DNA of 64,000 bases, taken from NCBI GenBank assembly GCA_963793705.1, contig CAWCBC010000016.1, positions 3,908 through 67,907 on the forward strand. The letters are read 5' to 3'. Every line of letters begins with the position of its first letter. Within the stretch, counting starts at the first letter, position 1. Origin of the DNA: an uncultured Acidobacteriota bacterium. Lineage in GTDB: Bacteria > Acidobacteriota > Vicinamibacteria > Vicinamibacterales > UBA2999. The translations under genes and the position numbers were made by a program. Below, piece by piece: positions 19,365-29,676 of the stretch. The notes under the pieces were generated by a model, which was not told the origin of the DNA, made no database searches, and saw nothing but the letters and a program-made list of their open reading frames with translations.

Positions 19365-19901
19365 GCTCAGGAACGCGGTCAGGCCGTCGTCACAAGTACT
19401 GCCGCCGCCGTTGTCATTCCGGTCCCCCTCTGGCGTTTTTGTTCAAACGTGTGCGGACGGCCGGAGCCACGCAACATGGATGCCCGGGGAAGGCACTACA
19501 TAGCGCGCGTTTTTGTGGGATCGGGCCACGAAATCTTGAGATCTCATGGCAACGGGCTGGCTGCGAACTTGGGGGCGATTGCCCTGCAAACCGGTTCGAC
19601 GTTACCCGCGGTGGGCTATCCCCTCGTCGGCGATGTCGCCTACGTTGTCGGGATCGAGGCTCTCCGATCGACCCCACTCATCGTCGACGGATCCGCGAAG
19701 GCGAAACCCGCGCTCGTTCGAACTCTCATGCTGGATGAGATTTGTTCGGCGAGATGATTCCTGATTCGGCGGTGGCTTCATGCCCTGAGTCATCGTGCCA
19801 ACCTCCATCGCATGTCACATTCCAACGTGATGCCCGGTCTTGCTCTATTGGCAACGTGGCCGAAGGGTCAGCGTCGCCAGCTGATCATTCAGGAGATACG
19901 C

Positions 19902-20743
19902 ATGAGCACGATCACGGTGAAGGATGGCACAACGATCTACTACAAAGACTGGGGCAAGGGACCGGTCGTCACCCTCTCGCACGGATGGCCTCTGAACTCC
20001 GATATGTGGGACGGCCAGATGCTGTTCCTCGCACAGCACGGGCTTCCGAGTCGTGGCACACGATCGTCGTGGCCATGGCCGATCCAGCCAGGCGTGGTCC
20101 GGAAACGACATGGACGGGTATGCCGACGATCTGGCAGCCGTGATCGAGGCCCTGGATCTCAAGGACATCACGATGGTGGGCCACTCGACTGGCGGCGGAG
20201 AAGTCGCGCGCTACATCGGACGGCACGGCACGAAGCGTGTGGCAAAGGCGGTCCTCATCGCCGCCGTGCCGCCGATCATGTTGAAATCTGCGACCAATCC
20301 GGAAGGACTCCCCATCGAAGTCTTCGACGGCTTGCGGAGCGGCTCTGGCCAAGGACCGCTCGCAGACCTACAAAGACTTCGCTCCCCTGTTCTATGGCGC
20401 CAACAGACCTGGTGCGCAGGTGTCCCAAGGCACGCTGGATCAGTTCTGGCTCTGGAGCATGCAGGCCGGCCTCAAGAACGCGTACGACAGCATCAAGGCC
20501 TTTTCTGAAACCGATTTCACTGAAGACCTCAAGAAGTTCGATATCCCGACCTTGGTCATGCACGGTGAGGACGACCAGATCGTGCCCGTCAAGGAGTCGG
20601 CGAAGAAGTCAGCAAAGCTGATCAAGGGGGCCGTGGAGATCTACTATCCGGGCCTGCCGCACGGCCTCACCGCCACGCATGCCGACGTCGTCAACCGCGA
20701 CTTGCTCGCGTTCTGCCAGCAAGCCAAACGGAAGGTCGCGTGA
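19902..20743 (+). CDS. alpha/beta hydrolase (non-haem haloperoxidase/arylesterase-like), at least 3 frame corrections
   Basis: AGGAGA RBS plus ATG at 19902. '[28 protein letters not shown]', 'VGHSTGGGE' and '[12 protein letters not shown]' are spread over ORFs 19812.., 20053.. and 20420... Confidence 0.8.
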
Positions 20744-21645
20744 GTCCGCAGAGGACGGAGGAGATGACCATCGCGACCACCGAGTCGACCATCACTGAGC
20801 ACGAGGCAGCGCAGGTCGAGCGCGCGAACGCCTCGAGCGCCACACCCGTTGTCTTCGTTCACGGGCTCTGGCTGCTGCCTTCGAGCTGGGACCGCTGGGT
20901 GACGCTGTTCGAGGAGGCCGGCTACGTGGGGTTGACACCGGGCTGGCCCGACGATCCCGAGACGGTCGCCGAGGCCAGAGAGCACCCTGAGGTGTTCGCG
21001 GGCAAGGGGATCAGCGAGATCGCCGACTACGAGGAGGCGATCATCCGCCGCCTGGATCGGAAGCCCGTGATCATCGGCCACTCCTTCGGGGGCCTGCTGA
21101 CCATGATTCTCGCGGGGCGCGGGCTCGCCGCCGCGTCGGTCGCGATCAGCCCTGCTCCGTTCCGCGGCGTGCTCCCGCTGCCGATCGCGGCGCTGCGCAC
21201 GGCCAGCGTCGCCCTGCGCAACCCCGCGAACTGGAACCGCGCGGTCCCGCTCACCTACGAGCAGTTCCGCTACAGCTTCGCGAACGCGGTCGGCGAGGAC
21301 GAGGCGAAGGAGCTGTACCTCGGCTACTCCGTCCCCGGCGCCGGCGAGCCGCTCTTCCAGGCGGCGTCCGCGAACCTCAATCCGTGGTCAGAGGCGAAGG
21401 TCGACTCGACGAACCCGGAGCGGGGTCCGATGCTGATCGTCTCGGCCGACTCGGACCATACGGTCCCCTGGGCGATCGCGAACGCGTCCTACAAAAAGCA
21501 GAAGCGCAACAAGGGCGTGACCGAGATCGTCAAGATGCCGGGCCGCGGGCACGCGCTGACGATCGACGCCGGCTGGCGGGAGGTCGCCGAGAAGGCGCTC
21601 GAGTTCGTCAAGCGGTTCACAGCAAGCAAACGGAAGGTCGCGTGA
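20740..21645 (+). CDS. alpha/beta hydrolase
   Basis: 301-aa intact ORF with 'VVFVHGLW' and the nucleophile elbow 'GHSFGG'. Its start overlaps the upstream stop (GTGA). Confidence 0.8.
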   Translation: MSPQRTEEMTIATTESTITEHEAAQVERANASSATPVVFVHGLWLLPSSWDRWVTLFEEAGYVGLTPGWPDDPETVAEAREHPEVFAGKGISEIADYEEAIIRRLDRKPVIIGHSFGGLLTMILAGRGLAAASVAISPAPFRGVLPLPIAALRTASVALRNPANWNRAVPLTYEQFRYSFANAVGEDEAKELYLGYSVPGAGEPLFQAASANLNPWSEAKVDSTNPERGPMLIVSADSDHTVPWAIANASYKKQKRNKGVTEIVKMPGRGHALTIDAGWREVAEKALEFVKRFTASKRKVA

Positions 21646-22215
21646 ATCCGCGGCCGGCCGGCGGAGGCCGCGTCTTTACGAACGAGCATCCCGACCGTCA
21701 GACGCGGTTCTGGACCATCATGCGTCGGCGTTGGGGCGACGACTTCATCGCCTATCGCAACCACGTGTATCGGGTGGTGAACCTGTGTCTCGCGATCGCG
21801 GGAGGAGGCGATCGGGTCGAGCTCGAAAAGATCGCTGTCGCTGCAGTTTTCCACGATCTTGGGATCTGGACGAACCACACGTTCGACTACATTGCGCCGT
21901 CCGTCGCGCTCGCGCGCGAGCACCTTGTCGGCCTGCGCGCAGGCAGACTGGATCCCCGAGATCGAGGCGATGATCGTGGAACACCACAAGATCACGCCAT
22001 CGCGGCCAAATCGGGCGTCGCTCGTCGAACCGTTTCGGCGCGCCGATTGGATCGACGTGTCGCGCGGGCTCAGAACATTCGGCGTACCACGTTCGTTCAT
22101 CGCGTCGGTGTTCACAGTGTGGCCGAGTGCCGGATTTCATTGGCGCCTGTTGCAACTGACGGTCGATCGGTTCCTGAAGCATCCACTAACCCCGCTGCCG
22201 ATGGTGAGATTCTGA
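21643..22215 (+). CDS. HD domain-containing protein, frame correction near 21940
   Basis: 'AAVFHDLGIW' in ORF 21384..22229 continues as 'ADWIPEIEAMIVEHHKITP...RRADWIDVS' in ORF 21859..22215. Confidence 0.6.
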
Positions 22216-22239
22216 AGCGACCTCTTTGAGTTCCCTGAA

Positions 22240-22518
22240 CGAAATCCGACCACAGTCCTTCACGCTGATCCTCAAACGGCGCTTCGCAAACGCGCGTCCT
22301 AACCGGATGACAGATCACCTCAAAACGAGCGGCTTCACGTTCAAAGGAATTCCATCGAGACCACCAGCGACCAGGGCCGGTGCGAGACAGTGTGACCGCA
22401 TGGACCGTGATTTGCCACTCCAGCCGATCGCGACGTTGCTGGTGATCCCGACATAGTGACGCGAGGAGTCAGCGTAACTTCGAATGATGTAGACGATTCG
22501 CTTTTCAATACCGTCCAT
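22240..22518 (-). pseudogene. GIY-YIG nuclease family (UPF0213-like) gene, several frame disruptions
   Basis: 'RIVYIIRSYADSSRHYVGITSNV' (ORF 22315..22518), then 'NHGPCGHTVSHRPWSLVVSMEF' in another frame, then 'FEREAARFE' and 'LGRAFAKRR' fragments in further frames. Confidence 0.5.
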
Positions 22519-22644
22519 GCATCGTCCGAACGCATGGAGCCAGCCAGCGCGAAATCGAACGATCCTTCAGATAGCGTTCCTGCGGTACGCGGATCTTGCA
22601 CACCCAAAACCAACATCGAGTTGCAGGAATTTCCAATTCGACCA

Positions 22645-22743
22645 GGGGGTCCGCCTTCGCTCGCTTCGCGAGCTACGGCGAGACAGCCTTCGCCGGCGGT
22701 GACTCGCCTGCCTAGCCGTAGCTCGGCGAAGCCGAGCGAAGGC
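22645..22743. repeat. long hairpin (~27-bp stem) abutting the 3' end of tRNA-Asn; extended REP-like element
   Basis: 22651-22677 'gccttcgctcgcttcgcgagctacggc' pairs with 22715-22743 'gccgtagctcggcgaagccgagcgaaggc'. It shares words with the 63287..63369 element. Confidence 0.75.
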
Positions 22744-22818
22744 TGGCTCCTCGGGCTGGACTCGAACCAGCAACCCTCCGGTTAACAGCCGGATGCTCTG
22801 CCATTGAGCTACCGAGGA
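22744..22818 (-). tRNA. tRNA-Asn (anticodon GTT), CCA encoded
   Basis: Hand fold: acceptor TCCTCGG/CCGAGGA, anticodon loop CTGTTAA, T-arm GCTGG-TTCGAGT-CCAGC, discriminator G plus CCA. Confidence 0.9.
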
Positions 22819-22952
22819 ATAGACGTTGCGCGGATGCCCTGAGGGCGGTAGGAGAACCTGACGATCGTATCGGATGGACGGCGCCCCGTAAAGAGAGACG
22901 CCTGGCAAGAGAAAGGCACCCCTGAAAGGGGTGCCCTACGGAGGTCCGCGCA

Positions 22953-22977
22953 GGTCCGCCTGAAGGCGGACACTACG
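22953..22977 (-). repeat. REP-like hairpin, type A (GGTCCGCC-TGAA-GGCGGAC-ACTACG)
   Basis: Perfect 7-bp stem, directly downstream of the cytochrome c gene stop. Confidence 0.8.
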
Positions 22978-22980
22978 ATG

Positions 22981-23415
22981 CTACTTCGGCGCTTCGATCT
23001 TGATCTGGTTCAGCGCCTCGGTCTTCGACTCGAGCTCGGTCGACCCGCCCTTGTACCGGCTCGACGCCAGCATGTAGGCCACGATGTCGGCCGCCTGCGC
23101 CGGCGTCAGCGATCCCGGCGCGGTCGCCGGCATCGTCGTGGCCGTCTTATCGAAGAGGTCGCCCACGGTCTTCCCCTGCCAGCCGGCCAGGAAGTCCTTG
23201 CCGGCCAGCGCCGGCATCGGGCCGGAACCCTCGAGATTGTCCCCGTGGCAGGTCGCGCAGCTGTTCCTTGTAGAGGACATCGCCGCGCTTGGCCTGCATC
23301 GTCGGTGAAGACGCCGTCGTTGACCGACTTCGCCGCGCCCTGCGCGACCAACGCCGGCATACAGACCCGATACGAAAAAGACGCCGCCCAGAATCAGAAT
23401 GAATTTGGTCCTCAT
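22981..23415 (-). CDS. c-type cytochrome (exported), two frame corrections in the N-terminal third
   Basis: 'CATCHG' haem-binding motif and signal peptide MRTKFILILGGVFFVSGL. The N-terminal segment is shared with ORF 23106..23360. Confidence 0.65.
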   Translation of the reverse strand: MRTKFILILGGVFFVSGLYAGVGRAGRGEVGQRRRLHRRCRPSAAMSSTRNSCATCHGDNLEGSGPMPALAGKDFLAGWQGKTVGDLFDKTATTMPATAPGSLTPAQAADIVAYMLASSRYKGGSTELESKTEALNQIKIEAPK

Positions 23416-23428
23416 GTCACCTCGACGG

Positions 23429-23453
23429 GGTCCGCCTCAAGGCGGACGCTACG
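23429..23453 (-). repeat. REP-like hairpin, type A variant (GGTCCGCC-TCAA-GGCGGAC-GCTACG)
   Basis: Seen directly, between the cytochrome c start and the upstream gene stop. Confidence 0.8.
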
Positions 23454-23466
23454 TTGTAAATGTACT

Positions 23467-24099
23467 TCAGGATTTCTTCTTTCGTCGAACCACCCGGCCC
23501 CTCTCCCCGCCGGTCCAGCCTAGCTGCACAGTTGCACCAATCAGTCCGAGCACAATCCACACCAGCGGCACCCAGCGCTTGCCCGGCGCCGGATCCAGCG
23601 GATACGCCACCCAGACGTTCCCGGCAGCCGCCGCCGCCAGCGCCGCCGCGTCGCCCCAGGCGGCCATCGCCCCGACGATAACGTCCACGCCCCGCCGAAC
23701 GCGGTGCCGACGATGATGACGTAGCGCTGGAGATACATCGACGCCGCCGCGCCCAGGAGCGTCAGACAGCACGAGCACCAGGAAATGCGGATCCTGGCCG
23801 GTGGCGGCAAACAGCAGGTTGGCGGCCACGGCCCCGAGCGCCGCGCCGGTCAGCGCCACGCCGACGAAGTAGGCACGCCAGCATCACGCCGGCGCCGACC
23901 AGGCCGCCGACGAGCGCCGCAATCAGCATCGGCCACGTGTCGCTCGACGCCGAACACCGAGCTCGCCAGCAGCGCGCCGAGGATGAACCCGGAAAACGCC
24001 AGCACGATGCGAAACAGCCGGTAGCCGAAAAAGCAGGCGACGAGTGCCGCCGATCAGCAGGACGACCGCCGCGGGCAGCTGATAGGTCGCCGGCAGCAT
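23467..24099 (-). CDS. polytopic membrane protein (possibly DUF4203-like), frameshifted
   Basis: The ATG at 24099 overlaps the recR stop (TAATG). Hydrophobic segments are spread over ORFs 23923..24381 and 23467..23859 ([11 protein letters not shown]..., [16 protein letters not shown]). Confidence 0.4.
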
Positions 24100-24711
24100 T
24101 ACAGGTCGCGCCGGTTTTCCATCGCGCGCGTCATCGTCACTTCGTCGGTGTATTCGAGGTCCGACCCGACGGGAATGCCCATCGCGATGCGCGTGCACGC
24201 GGACGCCGAGCGGCTTCAGCAGCCGCGCCAGGTAGAGCGCCGTCGCCTCGCCTTCGACGGTCGGATTCGTGGCGAGGATCACTTCGTCCGCCTGCCCCTC
24301 GCCGACCCGCGCCAGCAGCCCCTTGATCTTCAGGTCGTCCGGACCGACGCCGTGCAGCGGCGACAGCGCGCCCATCAGCACGTGATAGACGCCGCGGAAC
24401 TCGCGCGTCTTCTCGACGACGTGACGTTCTGCGGCTCCTCGACGACGCAGATCAGGCGCTGGTCGCGCGTGGCGCTGGTGCAGAACGCGCAGGGGTCGGT
24501 GTCGGTGATGTTATTGCAGGTCGAGCAGTAGGTGACGCGCTCCTTGACGTCGCGGATGGCGTCGCAGAGGCGGTCGGCGTCCTCGCGCGGCGTGCGCAGG
24601 ATGTGGAACGCCAGGCGCTGCGCGCTCTTCGCGCCGATGCCGGGCAGCTTCTGCAACTGCTCGACGAGACGAACGAGAGGATCGGGGAGCGCCGAAGGGA
24701 TGAGCGGTCAC
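24099..24711 (-). CDS. recR: recombination protein RecR, frame corrections needed
   Basis: '[20 protein letters not shown]', Zn-finger '[16 protein letters not shown]' and Toprim '[18 protein letters not shown]', spread over three frames. Confidence 0.85.
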
Positions 24712-25007
24712 GAGGCCCGGGAATTTTCAGGCCGCCAAGCATGCCGGACATCGACTGACCGAGCTGCTCGTCGACCTTGCGATGCGCGTCGTTGACGGCG
24801 GCCACGATCAGATCCTGCAGCATCTCGACGTCGTCCTTCGAGACGACTTCGGGATCGATCCGGATCGACAGCACCTGCTTCGTGCCGTTGACGACCACGG
24901 TCACCATGCCGCCGCCGGCGGTGGCTTCGACGCGCAGGTCGGCCATCTGCTGCTGCAGACGCTCCTGCATCTGCTTCGCCTGCTGCATCACGTCTGGCGA
25001 TATTCAT
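24708..25007 (-). CDS. ybaB: YbaB/EbfC family nucleoid-associated protein, frame corrections at both ends
   Basis: 'MQQAKQMQERLQQQMADLRVEATAGGGMVTVVVNGTKQVLSIRIDPEVV...DLIVAAVNDA'. The ATG at 25007 (GGAG RBS) overlaps the dnaX stop (ATGA). Confidence 0.8.
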   Translation of the reverse strand: MNIARRDAAGEADAGASAAADGRPARRSHRRRRHGDRGRQRHEAGAVDPDRSRSRLEGRRRDAAGSDRGRRQRRASQGRRAARSVDVRHAWRPENSRAS

Positions 25008-26753
25008 GGCTCCAACTCTTCGACGTCGCGGATTTCCGCCGGGAAGACCTCGAGCACGGCCTGGATCGCTGTCGACTTCATCGCGTCGGCCTTCAAATCG
25101 CGCTTGTCGCCGGCGGCGATCGAGCTTCGGCGCGCCGTCCGCCGCGCCAGCCGGTGGCGCGCCGTCGCCCTGCGCCGATTCAACCATCACCCGCCGCCCG
25201 ACGACGCGCTCGCGCCGTGGCCTCGAGCCAGCGCGCGACTGCTCGAACTGCTCGCGCAGCGCGCGATGCGTCGGCGAGAACACGAACGTCACACGGTCGC
25301 CGGCCACCTCGATCTTCTGCGCCTGCGCGACGACGGTGTTGTAGAAGAACGGTTTGCCTGCTCTGATTTCGGCAAGCAGGGCGTCCTTCAGATTGGGTGC
25401 GATCGCACGCTTCGCGGCTGGTGCGATCGGTTCCTTCGCGGTCGGTGCGACGGTGCTTCGCGGTCGGTGCGAGCGCGGTCGCTGCGGCGGTGCGACGGTG
25501 CAGCCTTCGCAGCTGGTGCGACGGCAGCTTCGCGCGCCGGTGCGCACCGGCTTCGCGGGCGAGCGGTGCGACAGCACCGCGCAGGCCGCGATCGCACCCG
25601 TCGCACCGACTGCCGTCCCGAACTGCTCGAGCAGCTCGGCCAGCGGGACCAGCTTGCGCAGGTGCATCCAGCGCAGCAGCACCATCTCGAAGTAATAGCG
25701 CGGATGCGACGACATCGCGGATCTCCTGCTCCGCCTTCGACAGCAGGTCGAACGCGCGCATCAGATCTTCGCGCGAGAAGCGGCGGCCGAGCACGGTCGA
25801 GCCGCTCGCGCTCGCCTTCCGCCGAGCTCGCCGTCGCCGGCACGCGACGGGATCGACCGAGAGCAGCATCATGTCGCGGACCACGCGCGACAGCTCGCGG
25901 CAGACGAGCCTGCAGATCGTGGCCGGACTCCACGGCGCGATCGGCGAGCGCGAACGCGCGCGGGCCGTCTTCGTCGACCACCGCCTCGATCAGGTCGAGC
26001 AGCAGGTCGCGCCCGACGAGGCCGAGCACGGTCGCCACGTCTTCCTCCGTCATCGTCTGGCCGGCAAAGGCGATGACCTGGTCGAGCGCGCTCTGCGCGT
26101 CGCGCATGCTGCCCTCCGCCGCGCGCGCGATCAGCGCCAGCGCCGCGTCCGGGCACCTCGAGCTTCTCCGCATCGGCAATCTGCCGCAGCTGCTGCAGCG
26201 ATCGCCTTCGTCGGCGATGGTCCGGAACTCGAAGACCTGCGAGCGCGACAGGATCGTGTCGGGAATCTTGTGCAGCTCGGTCGTCGCCATCATGAAGACG
26301 ACGTGCGCGCGGCGGCTCCTCGATCGACTTCAGCAGCGCGTTGAACGACGCCGTGGACAGCTGGTGGACTTCGTCGATGATGAACACCTTGTAGCGGTCG
26401 CGCGCCGGCGCGAACGACAGGCCGGCAATCACCACTTCGCGGATGTTGTCGATGCCGGTGTGGCTGGCCGCGTCGATCTCGAGCACGTCGATGTCGCGCC
26501 CCTGCGCGATCTCGATGCAGGCGTCGCACTCACCGCACGGATCGGCCGTCGGCCCCTTGTCGCAGTTCAGCGCCCGCGCCAGGATGCGCGCGGTCGTCGT
26601 CTTGCCGCAGCCGCGCGAGCCCGCAAACACGAACGCCTGCGCGATGCGGCCGCTGGCGATCGCGTTGCGCAGCGTGCGCGTCACCGCCTGCTGCCCGACG
26701 ACATCGTCGAACCGCTGCGGCCGCCATTTGCGGGCGAGAACTTGGTAGGCCAT
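25004..26753 (-). CDS. dnaX: DNA polymerase III subunit gamma/tau, many frame corrections
   Basis: '[22 protein letters not shown]...[15 protein letters not shown]...CGECDAC...[10 protein letters not shown]', then '[18 protein letters not shown]', a Pro/Ala/Lys linker and the tail '...[10 protein letters not shown]' in other frames. Confidence 0.9.
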
Positions 26754-26803
26754 GAACAGTGGAAGTGAAGTGCAGAAGTAAGTCAGAAGTGCAGGACTGA
26801 GTT

Positions 26804-26932
26804 GGATGAGCCCCACCGCAGCCCGGCTGACCTGCGTACACCTCAGGGTCTACTTAGCGCTGCTGCCTTCCGGCCCTGACGCGGTTCGCAGGCTGAAGTT
26901 GCACAGGGTCCGGGCCGCGGTGCGGCTCACCC
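26804..26932 (-). ncRNA. ffs: signal recognition particle RNA (small bacterial type)
   Basis: The minus strand contains 'GTCAGGGCCGGAAGGCAGCAGC', matching the conserved domain IV (E. coli GUCAGGUCCGGAAGGAAGCAGCC). The 5' 'GTGAGCCGCACCGCGGCCCGG' pairs with the 3' 'CCGGGCTGCGGTGGGGCTCAT'. The position upstream of dnaX is a known synteny. Ends are approximate. Confidence 0.75.
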
Positions 26933-27008
26933 ACGCCGGGCAACGCGCGTCCCCGGCAAAGATGAGTGTAGCGTACGGCGTCCATGGACGGCCGACCTTC
27001 ATCACGCT

Positions 27009-27034
27009 GGTAGAGGCCGACCTTCAGGTCGGCC
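27009..27034 (+). repeat. REP-like hairpin, type B (GGTAGAGGCCGACC-TTCA-GGTCGGCC)
   Basis: Identical 26-mer to 62723..62748. It abuts the stop of the M20 gene. Confidence 0.8.
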
Positions 27035-27035
27035 T

Positions 27036-28049
27036 TCAGTCCGCGAGCAACCGCTTGAGCAGCGATTCGTAGAGATCCACCGCCAGGTTCAACTCGTCAA
27101 CGGCGATGTGCTCCTCGTCCGTATGCGCCACGTGGATGGAGCCGGGACCGATCAGCAGCGGCGTTCCCCAGCCGGTCAGCATCGGCACGTCGGTCGTATA
27201 CGGAAAGACGGCGGTCTCGAATCCCTGCAGCGTATGCAGCCGAACGGCTGGAACATCGAGGATCGGCTCGACGGTGACGAGCCCGTCCACGACGTGCAGC
27301 GCCTCGCGAATGGGCTCGCCGTCGCCGACCGTGCGAAACAGCAGCTCCGCTGACGCGTGCGGCGAGACGACGTTGGGCGCGACGCCGCCGTCAATCAGCC
27401 CGACGGTGTAGTGCGTGCGGCCCAGGAGCGGGTCGTCCGGCAACTGCAGGCCGCGAATCACCATCAACGCGTCGAGCAGCTTATCGATCGCCGACTCGCC
27501 CAGCTCCGGAAACGACGAGTGGGCGGCGCGTCCCGACGCACGCAGCCGCACGCGGAAGATGCCGCGCGTGGCCGAACCGAGCCGGTTGTCGGTCGGCTCA
27601 CCGTTGATCAGGTATCGAAGGCCGTCGGGCGGCTGCTCGTTCGCGACGCGGGCGCCATCGCTCCCCCGCTCCTCGCCCACGACGAACAACAGCGCGAAGC
27701 GCGACTCGCCGGACGCGCGCACACGCTCGGCGGCGGCCACCTGCGCCGCGAGAATCCCTTTCGCGTCGCACGATCCACGGCCGAAGATCAGCCCGCGCTC
27801 TTCGCGGCTGGGGAAGAACGGCGGCACGCAGTCGAAGTGCGTGGAGAGGGCCACGCGCGGCGGCTGGTCGAGCGTGGCCAGGACGTTGAAGCGGCCGTTC
27901 GCCACCGGCTGCTCGGTGACCTGATAGCCCCGCGACCGGAGATAGGCGGCCAGCCACTCGCCAGCCGCTGCCTCGCGGCCGGTGGTGGAATCGATATCGA
28001 CCAGGCTGCGGGTAAGAAAGACGGGATCGACCTGCGAGACGGATTGCAC
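27036..28049 (-). CDS. M20-family metallopeptidase (ArgE/DapE-type deacylase)
   Basis: 337-aa intact ORF with 'HFDCVP...GRGSCDAKG...GEERGS...' metal-ligand pattern, directly downstream of dapA. Confidence 0.85.
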   Translation of the reverse strand: MQSVSQVDPVFLTRSLVDIDSTTGREAAAGEWLAAYLRSRGYQVTEQPVANGRFNVLATLDQPPRVALSTHFDCVPPFFPSREERGLIFGRGSCDAKGILAAQVAAAERVRASGESRFALLFVVGEERGSDGARVANEQPPDGLRYLINGEPTDNRLGSATRGIFRVRLRASGRAAHSSFPELGESAIDKLLDALMVIRGLQLPDDPLLGRTHYTVGLIDGGVAPNVVSPHASAELLFRTVGDGEPIREALHVVDGLVTVEPILDVPAVRLHTLQGFETAVFPYTTDVPMLTGWGTPLLIGPGSIHVAHTDEEHIAVDELNLAVDLYESLLKRLLAD

Positions 28050-28080
28050 ATCGGCCCTTGAGCCCTAGACGTCTACGTGC

Positions 28081-28989
28081 TTACACGACGCGGGCCGCGG
28101 CCCCGAGCATCTTCAACTGCTGGAGCACGCCGAGCACCTTGTCGCGCGTCGCCGCCGACGGCGGCACCATCGGCAGGCGATAGTTCTCCTCGAGCAGACC
28201 CATCGCCGCCATCGCGGCCTTGCAGGGGATGGGATTCGATTCCGCGAAGTTCACCTGGAGCAGCGGCAGCAGCCAGTGGTGCAGCTTGCGCGCGGCCGCG
28301 TAGTCGCCGCGCTCGCACAGCTCGACGATCTGCACCATCTCCGCCGGCGCTTCATTGGAGCGCGACCGACACGACACCCGCGCCGCCGACGGCCATCGTG
28401 GCGACGGTGACCGGATCGTCGCCGCTCAGCACGATGAAGTCGTCGTGCGTGCCGGAGACGATCTCGGACATCTGCACCAGATCGCCCGGCCCCTTGATCC
28501 CGACGATGTTCGGGAATCTCTGAGAGGCGCACCGTCGTCTTCACGTCCAGGTTGATGCCGGTGCGCACCGGGAACGTTGTAGAGCACGACCGGCACGCGG
28601 ATGCTCTCGGCAATCGCCTTGAAGTGCTGATACAGACCCTCGGGCGTCGGCTTGTTGTAGTACGGGGTCACCGACAGCACGCCGTCCGCGCCAACACGCT
28701 CCATGTCGCGCGCCAGCTCGATCACCTCGCGCGTGTCGTAGCCGCCCGCGCCCGCCAGCACCGGCACGCCGTGGCCCTTCGCCTCCTCGAGGACGAGCTC
28801 GACGACGCGCAGCTTCTCGCGATGGTTCAGCGTGGGCGCTTCGCCGGTGGTGCCGCAGGGCGAGAGGAAGTGCACGCCCGCGTCGATCTGCCGGCGCGCG
28901 AGCCGCTTGACCGCCGCTTCATCGAGCGAACCGTCCCGACGGAACGGGGTAACGAGTGCGGTGCCGACACCGGTAAACGGTCTACGCAT
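28081..28989 (-). CDS. dapA: 4-hydroxy-tetrahydrodipicolinate synthase, three single-base insertions (near 28564, 28511, 28360)
   Basis: 'GTALVTPF...CGTTGE...YNKPTPEGLYQHF...VLYNVPGRTG...' reads through only after removing one base at each site. Confidence 0.9.
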
Positions 28990-29011
28990 GACGAGTCCTC
29001 AGGAACGCAGA

Positions 29012-29676
29012 TTATCTCCTCAGCACGTCGAGCATCGAGAACCACCCTGCGCCCCTGGATCCAGCGGGCGGCAAGCAGCGCGCCGGTCGCGAACCCGCGG
29101 CGGTCGCGCGCGGTGTGGGTGAGCTCGATGGTATCGGACGCGGAGTCGAACCCGATGGTATGCGTGCCGGGAATCGTGCCGGCGCGCGTGGACGACATGT
29201 CGATCGGACGCGGCTGAATCCGGCGTCGACCATCGCATCGCGCAGCAGGAGCGCCGTGCCGGACGGCGCGTCGCGCTTGGTGGCGTGATGCGCCTCGTGG
29301 ATCCAGGCGCCGTACTGCTCCTGCTCACGCATCAGCCGGGCGGCCTCCGCCGCCACGAGCTGAAACACGTTGACGCCGATCGAAAAATTCGCCGCCGCCA
29401 CCACGCCAAGGCCGGCGCTGGCGGCCTCGGCCCGCAGCCGATCGGCATGCTGATTCCAGCCGGTCGTGCCGATCACCAGCGGCACCTGCAGCTCGAACGA
29501 ACCGGGGGAAATTGGCGAGCAGCGCGTCGGCCGTCGAAAAGTCGATCGCGGCATCCGCCGGCGCCCACTCGTCGCGTCCCTCGTCTACGCGGCCGACGAC
29601 CTCGATACCCTGCGTCGGACGCGAGCTGGTCGACGAGCTGCCCCATCTTGCCGTAGCCGACGATGAGCAGTTTCAT
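29012..29676 (-). CDS. dapB: 4-hydroxy-tetrahydrodipicolinate reductase, frameshifted
   Basis: 'MKLLIVGYGKMG', 'VIGTTGW', 'AANFSIGVN', 'EAHHATKRDAPSGTA' and 'GTHTIGF' are spread over three frames. The start overlaps the lysC stop. Confidence 0.85.

Noticed and set aside
20717-22215. Integron-like gene cassettes, suggested by the repeated junctions
   Set aside because: There is no integron integrase and no attC-like imperfect palindromes of 60-140 bp. The repeat lies inside coding sequence.
22240-22818. Integrated element at tRNA-Asn delimited by the XerC/D gene
   Set aside because: The recombinase lies about 40 kb away. I saw no second copy of the tRNA 3' half, and the intervening genes are housekeeping (dnaX, dap, asd).
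24777-26768. 663-aa ORF on the plus strand
   Set aside because: It is antisense to dnaX/ybaB. It has an Arg/Ser-rich composition with no motifs.
26806-27072. 88-aa ORF on the plus strand upstream of dnaX
   Set aside because: It overlaps the SRP RNA gene and a REP-like hairpin, so it is non-coding.
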